IMG/VR virus record: IMGVR_UViG_3300024239_000011
Location: 62,001 to 126,000 of that record
Strand: one strand, 5' to 3'
Length of the DNA: 64,000 nucleotides
Shown here: piece by piece, positions 19,386-29,229 of the stretch
How positions within the stretch are numbered: the stretch's first letter is position 1
Layout: each line of letters starts with the position of its first letter
Translations under genes and position numbers: made by a program
Notes under the pieces: generated by a model
Database searches by the model: none
What the model saw: only the letters and a program-made list of their open reading frames with translations
Told to the model about the DNA's origin: nothing

Positions 19386-19826
19386 GTGCGTGTTCTTCTA
19401 CTAGAAGAAAAAGTCAATGGACTAGAATTCGTCGTTCAGCATTTGCGAGGCGTCGGCGGAATGTCGTTCATGCTCGCAAAAGATATCAGCGAAATTGAAC
19501 CCTTTGTTTTTAAGCAACACTACGATTTTTGTTTCGTGTGTTTAAATGGTGATTATATACCGAAACTTGATTATATCAAATCGGTACTCCATCCCGAAAC
19601 CATTCTTATTTTGGCACTTGATGACGATGACAGTGTAATTACCGATATTGTTGACGACGTAATTACCGCCTCAACTAAAGGCGAACGTCTATACCGGTTG
19701 GTCGGATTGTCTATAATGCAAAAGAAACATCAGGCGTGCCCCCAAAAATTTGAAATGGTCAAATCTCTTCGGGAAATTAGGCAAATTACCAGTTATCAAA
19801 ACGTCGTGATGGCAGGTAAAGCCTAG
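19386..19826 (+). CDS. degenerate response-regulator receiver-like protein
   Basis: MRVLLLEE...YDFCFVCLN; phospho-acceptor Asp position is Cys. Confidence 0.45.
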   Translation: MRVLLLEEKVNGLEFVVQHLRGVGGMSFMLAKDISEIEPFVFKQHYDFCFVCLNGDYIPKLDYIKSVLHPETILILALDDDDSVITDIVDDVITASTKGERLYRLVGLSIMQKKHQACPQKFEMVKSLREIRQITSYQNVVMAGKA

Positions 19827-19885
19827 GACCACTTGACTACCACTATCCAAGATCGTATATTAGAACCTCCTTTGGAGGTTCCATC

Positions 19886-20134
19886 ATGAATGTGGAAATC
19901 ATTCGCGAAGTTACTCTGCGCTCGGTCGTTATGAACGTTGATCGGAGCGGTGAATTGGTTCTGGCAACCCTGTGTCGGGAATATTCCGCCAAGAACGTTA
20001 CCGTTTCCATGGTCAATAACAAGGTGCGCATCGGTAAAGATGCCTACAGGATGACCGTACAGATCGATGACGCACACGCTGACGAATTTATGACCACGTT
20101 GCTGGCTCAGATCAACACTCGTCGGGCTGCCTAA
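19886..20134 (+). CDS. hypothetical protein
   Basis: GGAGG RBS; TTGACT-N17-TATATT promoter upstream. Confidence 0.7.
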   Translation: MNVEIIREVTLRSVVMNVDRSGELVLATLCREYSAKNVTVSMVNNKVRIGKDAYRMTVQIDDAHADEFMTTLLAQINTRRAA

Positions 20135-20364
20135 TGCCCGAACTCATCATTCGCGAGAAACAAGTACAACCGCGTGGCGCTCATTACCCACTACCCACGG
20201 CGATGATCTCGGTCATGCTGTCTAATGGGAAGAACGAGACACTGCTTCAGAGTTTCCCCGACCGCGAAGGGCTAGTTGGTGCAAATATTGACCAGTTGCG
20301 CATCCAGGCGACCGAATACGCCACAAGGGTGGCTGGCGTTCTTGGATGTAAAATCAGTCAATAG
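20134..20364 (+). CDS. hypothetical protein
   Basis: stop/start overlap with previous gene. Confidence 0.65.
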   Translation: MPELIIREKQVQPRGAHYPLPTAMISVMLSNGKNETLLQSFPDREGLVGANIDQLRIQATEYATRVAGVLGCKISQ

Positions 20365-20613
20365 GCTGCCTGATCCAATCGTCCTCATCATCGCGAAATT
20401 CCCAGACACATCCCGATTCATGTCCATGGTGTGGTCCATTACCGACCGCCATGGTTTGTTGGCTTGCTGGTTTCTGATCAACCATGCTTGTTTGACGGCG
20501 TTGATCAACGCCCTCTGGAAATCCCGCCATAACGGGTAAATTGGCGGGGTGCTAAGCACCCCACCTTTCCGGGCGCTTCATACGCCGCTGTACAAAGTCC
20601 CGATCTGCGTACA

Positions 20614-20874
20614 TCATACCTCACAACGCAAGGGTGCGTAAGCGTACCGGTGATGCAAACAATCCAGATGCTCTAACACGATGGTGCTGACCGCGCCAAG
20701 GTGATCGAATAAACTGGCTGACACCAGCGGACCCCAGTGAATTTCGCCATTATGAAAACGAAGGAATTTCTGCGTGGACAAATCCTTGATCGTGTATACC
20801 ACGTTCGGGTCCACATGCTGGGTGTCTTCGGAGGGTAGTACCACCGAGGCAGTAATCGGAATTTCAGTAGTCAT
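20614..20874 (-). CDS. hypothetical protein
   Basis: overlap with HNH gene. Confidence 0.6.
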   Translation of the reverse strand: MTTEIPITASVVLPSEDTQHVDPNVVYTIKDLSTQKFLRFHNGEIHWGPLVSASLFDHLGAVSTIVLEHLDCLHHRYAYAPLRCEV

Positions 20875-21215
20875 TTCAATCCTTTCAAAAGCCGCTGTGA
20901 ATCGCGGTAAGCTTTATCGTAAGATGAACCAATGATTCGGTAAAGATCATTCGGGTGTAAACCCTCGACCCACCTCTTACCCCCACTGATGTGGAACTGT
21001 TCTGCCTTCATATGGCAGCCATTTTCACCATCACACAAAGAGATACCGTTGCTGGCGACATAGCCGCCATTTGGCATCAAATGGCGATCTGTGATGTGGT
21101 GAGCATCAAGCTTATATTTCGATGCAGGCTTGCTGCAAATGCGGCACTTATTGCCGTCCCGTTTGAACACAGCCTCACGGAATGCGTCGCGCACTAATTG
21201 TTTCTGTTTAGCCAT
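20871..21215 (-). CDS. HNH endonuclease
   Basis: FKRDGNKCRIC...DAHHI...NGISLC...CH. Confidence 0.85.
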   Translation of the reverse strand: MAKQKQLVRDAFREAVFKRDGNKCRICSKPASKYKLDAHHITDRHLMPNGGYVASNGISLCDGENGCHMKAEQFHISGGKRWVEGLHPNDLYRIIGSSYDKAYRDSQRLLKGLK

Positions 21216-21236
21216 GGTCTTTTAGTTGGTCGAGAA

Positions 21237-21319
21237 TGGTGCCGGGTGAGGGACTCGAACCCCCGATGTTTGTATCCCGACTTACGAAGTCGGTGCTGTC
21301 GCCGCTGAGCCAACCCGGC
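21237..21319 (-). tRNA. tRNA-Thr(CGU), 12-nt variable region
   Basis: CCGAC-TT-CGT-AA-GTCGG. Confidence 0.88.
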
Positions 21320-21681
21320 AGACAACCATTCTAATGACCTTGGTGCGGGATTCCCGATTCTCCACCCGCCCCACCCCGCTGAAGGACCATACATCCTTCT
21401 CTTTGTGGCTTGCTACGAGGTCATGCAATTTCTGGATCGTATCTTCTCTACACCACCCAAGGTCATAACGCCTCATTAGGCAAGTCTATTTATCAGTCCC
21501 CGGAGGTCTTAGTCAATCATTATATCGTGCGGACCACGGATACCACGACCACCGACTGGGTGGTTTTCAAATTCTTCCCCGAGAACATCATAAGAACAAT
21601 CGTCACAAACCCAGCCTTCTTTGGCTTCATGCATCCCAGTGATGTCAGGGGACAATTCGATTTTGCACTTGGCACACTGCG

Positions 21682-22125
21682 TCATTTCGATCCGCCCAAC
21701 TTGATTGTGAGAAACTGCCCTAGCGAGACATCGAACCAGTTTGTGTAGTTCCCACAGCTTCCGAGAAGGAACGGGGTCTCGTCTTTAACCACAGCCGGGT
21801 CAATTTGTATCGCATGCAAGTCGGTGATCTCTACAACCGACGACACCCACTCTAATTTACCCCACTCCGGTCCCGCAACGTCGAACTCACTGCCACCATG
21901 ATCGGTGCAATAGAAGTCGTCCACGTCCTCATCGTACAGCCCAATTCCATAAAAGGAATAGCTCCCCTTGGTACACATGTTGGTGTATCGAAACAACCGA
22001 CCGCGCTCCCGGAACAACTGTGCCACATCTTCCTTTGTGTTAGGCATAAGCGTTCCACAGACAGTGCAGCGGTACCCGTTCTCCCGTTTCACCGTGAATG
22101 ATCGACAATCGTGGCACTGAAGCAT
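21682..22125 (-). CDS. hypothetical zinc-ribbon protein
   Basis: CHDC...CTVC. Confidence 0.6.
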   Translation of the reverse strand: MLQCHDCRSFTVKRENGYRCTVCGTLMPNTKEDVAQLFRERGRLFRYTNMCTKGSYSFYGIGLYDEDVDDFYCTDHGGSEFDVAGPEWGKLEWVSSVVEITDLHAIQIDPAVVKDETPFLLGSCGNYTNWFDVSLGQFLTIKLGGSK

Positions 22126-22140
22126 CGTCTACCTGCGTTT

Positions 22141-22207
22141 TGGCGTCCCCGAACCTGCGACCTTCAATTTAGGAGATTGACGCTCTTCCAATCTGAGCTA
22201 CGGGGAC
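22141..22207 (-). pseudogene. tRNA-Arg(CCU) pseudogene with T-arm deletion
   Basis: intact acceptor, D and anticodon arms; T arm reads GCAGGTT then CGGGGAC, about 10 nt missing. Confidence 0.8.
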
Positions 22208-22562
22208 TTGAAAAGTTGAAATTATATATCATGGCATGTGCAGCGGATCAATCTTGCTGTTATGCCTATACCGATAAAAGCGATTAATTCATAAATAGAT
22301 TCGTAGTAACAGGGTGGGTAAATGCTAAAGGTAGTAAGCTACACACCGTTTCCAAAACGAACCCCCGAAAGGGCGGAACTGAAGGTCGTTGTCTCCAACG
22401 AACGTCCTCAGATGTCCCTATCTGATATTGTGGTTTCGTGGTGGCTTTTCCCGCTAATCCTGTTGACCAAAACCTACAGTTTCTCATTCACGTATGTGGA
22501 AAAAGAACGGGCGGCTCGATAAGCCGCCCGTTCCTTTTTGAAGACCGCCGAGAATATTGGTC

Positions 22563-22961
22563 TTAGTTAACCGACAGGGCGCTGTTGGTGTCGTCCACCT
22601 TCACCTCGAACCAGCCGCCCCGGCTGTAGCCTCGCGCCCATCGAGCGCGAGGGGTCCACGCGCCCATATCGAAGGCATCCAGGGACAGCTTGTCACCCTT
22701 GGACAGACCCAGGCTGGCAGCCACGTCTTCCGGCAGACGGAAACGGTTGCGGGTATTGTTCTTCTTGCTCACCAACACGGTAGCGGTAGCCGCCTTCTTC
22801 TCGGCATCGGTCAAAGCGACGCCAGCCGGGACGAACTTGATCAGGGTGTGTTCGCCATGCTTGGTGACGACGATGGTCATGGTGCCGACCGAAGCGACAT
22901 TCGACTTGACGGTGATCTCGGTCTTGGCAGTGACGGGGGCGGTAGCGGAAACGTGGGTCAT
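22563..22961 (-). CDS. hypothetical protein
   Basis: GGAGA RBS, strong codon bias, terminator downstream. Confidence 0.75.
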   Translation of the reverse strand: MTHVSATAPVTAKTEITVKSNVASVGTMTIVVTKHGEHTLIKFVPAGVALTDAEKKAATATVLVSKKNNTRNRFRLPEDVAASLGLSKGDKLSLDAFDMGAWTPRARWARGYSRGGWFEVKVDDTNSALSVN

Positions 22962-23162
22962 GGCGATCTCCTGTCTCTCTTTTGGGCGGTTTCGAACCGC
23001 CGAACCATGAGTAGATACTACCAGGGGTTTGATACCATGTCAACAGGTCGGACAACTTTTTCTTCGATTTTCTTTAGCATACAAGAACAACAAGTAATTC
23101 CATTTTGTGGACGACTTTCATGTGGACATAAATATGGCTTTAACCCGGTCATGAGGTGAAAC

Positions 23163-23516
23163 ATGTTGGCATTTCGTCTAACTGCAATTCACGATAATAA
23201 TATCAGCAGACTACCAGAATACGACGGAATACCAATTTACCAAGCGGAAGACTGGCTCCGACATGCCGATATTTCATCAGACCAGTACACAATTCGTTAT
23301 ATTCATCACGCCGATGACCGGGACGAATATGATCTTGTGTTTGAATCCAGCGACCTCATGCAGCAGTTCATCGCCGCTGTCGTTGCACCAAAGGCGCCGA
23401 TCATGATGGTGAATACCACGTGTCCGTATTGTGGTTATCTGACGCCGGTAGCGTCATCCGCCAAAGCCATTGAGCGGCTAAGTGTTTGTCCAGATTGCAG
23501 GAAAAAGGGGGCTTAA
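23163..23516 (+). CDS. hypothetical protein with C-terminal zinc ribbon
   Basis: CPYC...CPDC. Confidence 0.6.
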   Translation: MLAFRLTAIHDNNISRLPEYDGIPIYQAEDWLRHADISSDQYTIRYIHHADDRDEYDLVFESSDLMQQFIAAVVAPKAPIMMVNTTCPYCGYLTPVASSAKAIERLSVCPDCRKKGA

Positions 23517-23529
23517 GCCCCCTTTCTCT

Positions 23530-25083
23530 TTACCAGTGTGCCAAGATCAGCGGCGTGTCTTGATAAGACTGCCAAATTCGTTCGGTGATATATGGCATCA
23601 TCGGATGTGCCAGACGTAGGCATTGATCGAGGCACCGCATAATCGTTCCCAATGCATCCATGTCGTTCTGATCGTACAAACGATCCTTGGACGCCTCGAT
23701 GTACCAATCGCAGAACTCGTGTTTGAAGAACAATCGGAACGCATCCGCCGCTGCTCGGTAATCAAATGCATCCAGGGCATTTGCCATAGTACGTTTTGTT
23801 TGATCGAGTGATGCGAGGATACGCAGATCATCAGGATGTTGAGACTCGTTCCAGGCAGATGGACGACCCATCCGGTCGAAATGACTGAGACAGAACCGCG
23901 AGGCTTGCCACAGTTTGTTTGCGAACCGTTTTGCAGAATCGAAAATATCGTTCGACAATCGGATATCCTGCCCGGCGGTACCGTTCTCCAAGAACCCGAA
24001 CCGCAAAGCGTCACATCCGAATTTTTCGATGATTAGCAGAGGATCAATGCCGTTTCCCTTCGACTTACACATTTTTTCCCCATTGGCGTCACGAATGATG
24101 CCGTGGAGATAGATGGTGTCAAATGCCATCTGATCGGTCAGGGCAAGCCCCATCATCAACATACGGGCACACCAGAAGAATAGGATGTCCGCTGCCGTCT
24201 CGATCATACTCGCCGGGTAGAAAGTTCGCAGATCGGGCGTGTCGTTTGGCCAGCCCAAAATGGCGAAGGGCCAAATTGCGGACGAGAACCATGTATCAAG
24301 GACATCGTGATCTTGTCGGATGTCATCCCCCAGAATAGCTCTGGCATCCGCCTCTGTACGTGCCGCGCAAAAAGCACCAGAACCGTTGTACCAAATCGGG
24401 ATACGGTGTCCCCACCAAATCTGACGCGAAATACACCACGGCTCGATGTTTTCGAGGAAATGACAGAAGGTTTTCCCTTCATATTCCGGGATAATCTTTA
24501 GTTCACCCGCATGATAACGTGCAAGAAGGTCGGTAGCCAGTTGACTAGTGTCCAACCACCACTGCCCATCCTGACGGTAAATCAATCCTTTTTCGAAACA
24601 CCGGTTGAACGCCTCTAGGGTGGCGGTGGGATGTTCGGGGCTAAGCGTATACCATTCGCGCGACCAATCACAGCTTGCGCCCAGACGGCGAATTTGCTGG
24701 GTGATGCGCCCACCCGTCGTTTTCTGCCATGCATCTGCTTTGGCAAAATACTGGTCACGGGTTGGTTCGGTAATCCCTTCGGCGGCAAGCTCAGCCTTAA
24801 TCTTAGCATCGGTTGCCAAACCCGCATGATCAGTACCGGGCTGCCATAGTGCATTAAAGCCCTGCATGCGCTTGTACCGGATCGTCGTATCCTGAAGGGT
24901 GGTGAAAAGTGCATGCCCCATGTGCAGTTGCCCAGTGATATTGGGCGGCGGCATTGGGATGTTGAAGGCTGGTGCCTCTGGGTTCATGCTTGGCTTAAAA
25001 AAGCCATTATTTTCCCAATGCGCGTAGATGTTCGGTTCTTCGGTTTTATAGTCGAAGTTCCGAGTTAGTTTGTTACGTCCCAC
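23530..25083 (-). CDS. valS: compact valyl-tRNA synthetase lacking CP1 editing domain and C-terminal coiled coil
   Basis: PPPNITGQLHMGHAL, PGTDHAG, WCISRQIWWGHRIP, DVLDTWFSS, DILFFW, KMCKSKGN; only 517 aa; start uncertain. Confidence 0.92.
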   Translation of the reverse strand: MGRNKLTRNFDYKTEEPNIYAHWENNGFFKPSMNPEAPAFNIPMPPPNITGQLHMGHALFTTLQDTTIRYKRMQGFNALWQPGTDHAGLATDAKIKAELAAEGITEPTRDQYFAKADAWQKTTGGRITQQIRRLGASCDWSREWYTLSPEHPTATLEAFNRCFEKGLIYRQDGQWWLDTSQLATDLLARYHAGELKIIPEYEGKTFCHFLENIEPWCISRQIWWGHRIPIWYNGSGAFCAARTEADARAILGDDIRQDHDVLDTWFSSAIWPFAILGWPNDTPDLRTFYPASMIETAADILFFWCARMLMMGLALTDQMAFDTIYLHGIIRDANGEKMCKSKGNGIDPLLIIEKFGCDALRFGFLENGTAGQDIRLSNDIFDSAKRFANKLWQASRFCLSHFDRMGRPSAWNESQHPDDLRILASLDQTKRTMANALDAFDYRAAADAFRLFFKHEFCDWYIEASKDRLYDQNDMDALGTIMRCLDQCLRLAHPMMPYITERIWQSYQDTPLILAHW

Positions 25084-25162
25084 ATGGTCATTTCGTTATC
25101 CTCCATAGTTTGAGTGACCAACCAAAACGATAAACAAATATTTTGGCTATGGCTATTTATTT

Positions 25163-25510
25163 TTGTTAGAATCCGGGGGAAAGCGAGGAATCATGCTTAA
25201 CTTTTTTTTGCGTGTGAATAACCCCTTTAAAAAGGATACCCATTCAAATTTCCACCATCTATGGGGCTGGCACAAATCATTGACCCAATATAGGGAATTC
25301 GAAATCGAAACATATTATAGTCCGATGATCGTTGATGTTGAAATTGTGTTTGAAATGAAGGGACGTGATCACGCTGGTCCCCGAATCACCATTGGTATAC
25401 TTGGATGGACAATTAGCGCATCAATCTATGATAATCGCCATTGGGATTATGATGCCGGATATTGGGAACAGGATGTGGTAGGGGATGACGGTACTGCCCC
25501 GCCTTCGTGA
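25163..25510 (+). CDS. hypothetical protein
   Basis: 115 aa ORF. Confidence 0.6.
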   Translation: MLESGGKRGIMLNFFLRVNNPFKKDTHSNFHHLWGWHKSLTQYREFEIETYYSPMIVDVEIVFEMKGRDHAGPRITIGILGWTISASIYDNRHWDYDAGYWEQDVVGDDGTAPPS

Positions 25511-25540
25511 CCGTTATGAGCGGTCGGCATTACTTTTATG

Positions 25541-25972
25541 CTAATCCCCAACAAAATTCACAACGTCGCTGATAAGGGTGTGTTGGTCAACACGCCCACC
25601 CGCCCTAAATTCATCATAGGTTAGCCACACCACTTCTTTGGTTTCCTTGGTGGGCTTACCCAGACCCTTAGGTTTCTTGATCTCAGCCACAAAGATGTAT
25701 AGGTCGAAATATTCGTCTCGCCCTTCTACCCGATCTTTCTTGGCAAAGCACAAGTTGCGAACGTTGTCTGCCTTAATCCCAAGTTCTTCAGAACCTTCCC
25801 GGATTGCAGCAGCTTCAATGGTTTCACCAAGGTCTTGTTTGCCTTTGGCAATTTGGGGCAATACTCCACCAAAACCCGCTTTTGACGGTACCATAAACAA
25901 CATACGCAAAATACCATTATCAATGTAATAGGGTACTAACCCAGCACGATTTGTCGTTGAAAGTCCCTTCAA
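25541..25972 (-). CDS. Nudix hydrolase
   Basis: KGKQDLGETIEAAAIREGSEELG; GGAGG plus TTG start; CTAAATA late core. Confidence 0.85.
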   Translation of the reverse strand: MKGLSTTNRAGLVPYYIDNGILRMLFMVPSKAGFGGVLPQIAKGKQDLGETIEAAAIREGSEELGIKADNVRNLCFAKKDRVEGRDEYFDLYIFVAEIKKPKGLGKPTKETKEVVWLTYDEFRAGGRVDQHTLISDVVNFVGD

Positions 25973-26066
25973 TTGGTACCTCCCGCCGTTCTTTATATTT
26001 AGACTTAAACGTCCAATGGCAAGCAAATAATACCACCAATTTGCGGTATATTTGCTTGCCATGGCA

Positions 26067-26672
26067 TCATTTCCACTGGGTGCGGCGCTGCTGCTTCCAA
26101 TTCTTCTGCGGGCGCCGCCAGTAATCATCCCAGACAGTCGGCAGGCACGCCTTGCGACGACGACCACGAGCCTTGATTCGATATTCGACCGCATCTTCAT
26201 CGTAGTTCAGGAAATCGTTCTCACGAATCTCCTGGGTCGTTGCCATGTGACGAAGCGACTGGCACTTCCAGTGACGGCGGCAACGGATGCCCTTGACCGG
26301 ACCATTCCGGAAATCCGTCTCCGGATCGTAGTTAAAACGGGACCACTGCGTGCGGTTCGGGCACCCAAGCTGGAAAAACCGTTCCACAATGGTTTCCGGC
26401 GCAATCACCAGCCCCAATTCATCCAGAAGGACAAACTGCCCGCGCGTCCACGACGCCGGTTCCAGGGAGCTACGAATGTACGCCATCCGCGCAACACGGA
26501 CGATCTCACGATGAAACGTGGGTTCGTCCATCAAGGAAGTCTTAACCACCCCATTGTAGGCAATATAAATGAATGGACGACTTGCCCGAGATTTCAGGAA
26601 AGCATCCAAACTTTCATAGACCCACGTTTCCTTGCTGTGGATGTCCTTGAGAGTGACTTCATACTTGTACAT
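26067..26672 (-). CDS. hypothetical protein, paralog of 26887..27471
   Basis: shared C-terminal GPV.G...TTQE.RENDFLNYDEDA.EY.I.ARG...LP..WDD...KNWK.QR.T.W. Confidence 0.8.
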   Translation of the reverse strand: MYKYEVTLKDIHSKETWVYESLDAFLKSRASRPFIYIAYNGVVKTSLMDEPTFHREIVRVARMAYIRSSLEPASWTRGQFVLLDELGLVIAPETIVERFFQLGCPNRTQWSRFNYDPETDFRNGPVKGIRCRRHWKCQSLRHMATTQEIRENDFLNYDEDAVEYRIKARGRRRKACLPTVWDDYWRRPQKNWKQQRRTQWK

Positions 26673-26753
26673 ATTGGTTCTCCTTTAACGCTAATTGCGT
26701 TAACGGAAACCCAAATATTCCTCGCGAATAACGTACATTTTATTCTCCGACGT

Positions 26754-26880
26754 TGATGGACGCTGCCGGATTTGAACCGCGCTCGGCTCCGTCGAGCCTA
26801 TCCCAGTTGGTCAAATACCCGTCCAGGGCGCCCCATAGATGGTGGAGCGCGTGGGGATCGAACCCACTGACCAGCGCCCT
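26754..26880 (-). ncRNA. circularly permuted alanine-type tRNA-like element (tmRNA-TLD-like or YrlA-like)
   Basis: T arm, GCGCTCC-A-CCA, TCTAT, then GGGGCGC pairing with G3-U70; second T arm downstream. Confidence 0.65.
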
Positions 26881-26886
26881 AAGTTG

Positions 26887-27471
26887 TTAACGCCAGCGGG
26901 TTTTCCGCTGACGCTTCCAGTTTTTTTCGTGGTGGCGACGCTGAGCGAAATCGTCCCAGGTGTCGGGTAATTCCTTATAGCGGCTACCACGTGCCCGAAT
27001 ATGGTACTCTCGGGCATCTTCATCGTAGTTCAGGAAATCGTTTTCACGATGCTCCTGGGTGGTGCGGATGCCCTGGCAGAAACGACCATGGCGCTTGTGA
27101 ACGCCGGGCACCGGACCACACCGGAAATTCTTGGCGTAGGTCCAACCCTTCTTGCGCATCCACTCAGTTTCAACAAGTTCGTGGGTCAGGTGCCCATGAT
27201 ACAGGGCGACCCACAGCACGGCTTCCGGCTGAATGATGTGCGCACCGGTCTGATCACACAGGTACCAACCATCACGCTGCTCGGTATAATCCTCGAAGCT
27301 GCTCAAACCGCACTGCGGCTTGTCCAGCATGTCGCGATACACATACCGATACTGGGTCTGGTTAAAAAAATCCTGAAACGAATCGAAACTGGCTTGGTAG
27401 TAGCAGATTTCGTAAACGCCGCGCCACCGGCTCCAATAAATTTGCTTCAGGATGACAGGTCCGTTGTACAT
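26887..27471 (-). CDS. hypothetical protein, paralog of 26067..26672
   Basis: same basic, Trp-rich C-terminal domain. Confidence 0.8.
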   Translation of the reverse strand: MYNGPVILKQIYWSRWRGVYEICYYQASFDSFQDFFNQTQYRYVYRDMLDKPQCGLSSFEDYTEQRDGWYLCDQTGAHIIQPEAVLWVALYHGHLTHELVETEWMRKKGWTYAKNFRCGPVPGVHKRHGRFCQGIRTTQEHRENDFLNYDEDAREYHIRARGSRYKELPDTWDDFAQRRHHEKNWKRQRKTRWR

Positions 27472-27640
27472 GGTTTCCTCCTAGAGACGAAGCGTCCCTA
27501 ATGGAAACCGGCATACTCCCGAATGTTCATGACACGGACTCCCGTGGTTGATGATGTCCTTATAGCGATATTTACTAGCGCCGTCAATATCTGGCGTTGT
27601 AATCACCTAAAAATCATGTATCCTCACGCCGTTATTATGG

Positions 27641-27994
27641 GTGAGTGTCATGGACCTGAAGCACATCACGACAAACCGTTGTCCACATTGCGGCTGCACG
27701 ATTGTAACCGAAGAAACCGTTGAAACCACCAAGGGGGTGAACGGTATCGAGATTCGCGTACACGTGAATGGACAACGGTGGGAAACCAGCAAATTCGCGT
27801 GCGGTCACAAGATCGCCTGGATTCCGAACTTCTCCCGCGAGGAAGTCAAGCAGGAATGCAAGCAGTCCGACGCGGCGAAATTGAAGAAAGCCAAGCGGGC
27901 CAAGGCGACCGAAGAGGCGAAGGCGTTTATCGCTACCCTCGACGTGGACGAAGACTGGAAGAACGATGTTCGTCTACCGGTCGATTGGGACTAA
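27641..27994 (+). CDS. hypothetical zinc-binding protein
   Basis: CPHCGC...FACG; terminator downstream. Confidence 0.7.
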   Translation: MSVMDLKHITTNRCPHCGCTIVTEETVETTKGVNGIEIRVHVNGQRWETSKFACGHKIAWIPNFSREEVKQECKQSDAAKLKKAKRAKATEEAKAFIATLDVDEDWKNDVRLPVDWD

Positions 27995-28042
27995 AAGAAA
28001 AGAAAAGCGGCACCGAAAGGTGCCGCTTTTCTTTGTAATGAG

Positions 28043-28117
28043 TGGTAGTCGGAGAGGGATTTGAACCCCCGGCCACCGCCTTATCAAGACGACGCTCTAC
28101 CGCTGAGCTATCCGACT
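28043..28117 (-). tRNA. tRNA-Ile(GAU)
   Basis: canonical cloverleaf. Confidence 0.9.
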
Positions 28118-28790
28118 ATAGCCTGCCAGGGAATTTCTTCCCCAGCGGCGTTGTTCTCGATACCCTCTTCCCGATTACTCGGTATCCCCTGTCCCAGGTA
28201 GATCGCTTTCGCGACGGGCGCTGGCTATTGGGTTTCCCCTCAACCGACCAGTCCAGCGTAAGGTGCTTCGTTTTGACTCAACTGCGTCCAGTTTCCTAGC
28301 ACAGTCCCTAAGGACATCGCAGCGGAGTGCATCTATTTATACATCCACCCACGATGGGTCAATTTCAACAGTCGGTGCCTTTCCTTAGCTCATCGGGGTC
28401 GGAAATCAAAACTTTCGTTCTGCAAACTGTCGTGTTGAAGGGATGCCAGACTCCCTTCCGCCAACCAACGGGAACTATATCTGACCGTCACCCCGTTTAT
28501 GCTCTTGCGTTTTATCCCGCATCGGTTCTGCGGTAGATGATATTTAGTCCTTACGACTTGGCCTCATCCAGCGGCGCTCGCCCGAACCTGATCCACTTTA
28601 CCGTGAACTTCATCTTTAACGACCGCTAGGCGCCCGAGCGGTCGGGCACCTGTGGTATACGCGGGGTGCCGCCACGATCAAGCCCAGCAGAATACCCGTC
28701 ATCGTCTGGACGGGCACAGAATGACGAACACCAAGCGCGATTGCTTCCGGGTCACCACCACGACAGGGTTTAACAAGAAACCACGTCGTG
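28118..28790 (-). ncRNA. block of up to three candidate structured RNAs, each behind a TAAATA core
   Basis: no credible ORF; many GC stems with GAAA/GTAA loops; TAAATA at 28795, 28541 and 28334. Confidence 0.5.
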
Positions 28791-28804
28791 TGTCTATTTA
28801 TATT

Positions 28805-28881
28805 TGGTGGTCCCGACTGGACTCGAACCAGCGCAAACCTACCTTCGGAGGGTAGTGCTCTTCCAACTGAGCTACGGGACC
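28805..28881 (-). tRNA. tRNA-Arg(CCG)
   Basis: canonical cloverleaf. Confidence 0.92.
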
Positions 28882-28884
28882 AAA

Positions 28885-29229
28885 TCAATGAGGTTCCTCA
28901 CCTTCAGGAACCTCTTCAAGAAAATACGGCAAAACCATATCATCTTCAAGTTTATAAATGAGGCACTTCTTACCATCAGCAGACGTTGCCCACCCAAGCC
29001 GGTCGGGATGGAAATCACCGGTTTGTGTCCTGATATCAGCAACAAGGATTTCGTAAAGATCGCGCGGTAAGACTTCAGCGTGTTCGAACATGGCAATCCT
29101 TTGTATATCGAAAAGCAGACCGTAGCTAAATAAAGGCACCACGTCAATTTTCGATACGGTGAAACAAGGGTAACGGTCGCCAATCACGCGGCGTAAGGCG
29201 TTAATCAATCTCGTAACGCTGTTCTTCAA
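28885..29229 (-). CDS. hypothetical protein
   Basis: 114 aa ORF. Confidence 0.55.
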   Translation of the reverse strand: MKNSVTRLINALRRVIGDRYPCFTVSKIDVVPLFSYGLLFDIQRIAMFEHAEVLPRDLYEILVADIRTQTGDFHPDRLGWATSADGKKCLIYKLEDDMVLPYFLEEVPEGEEPH

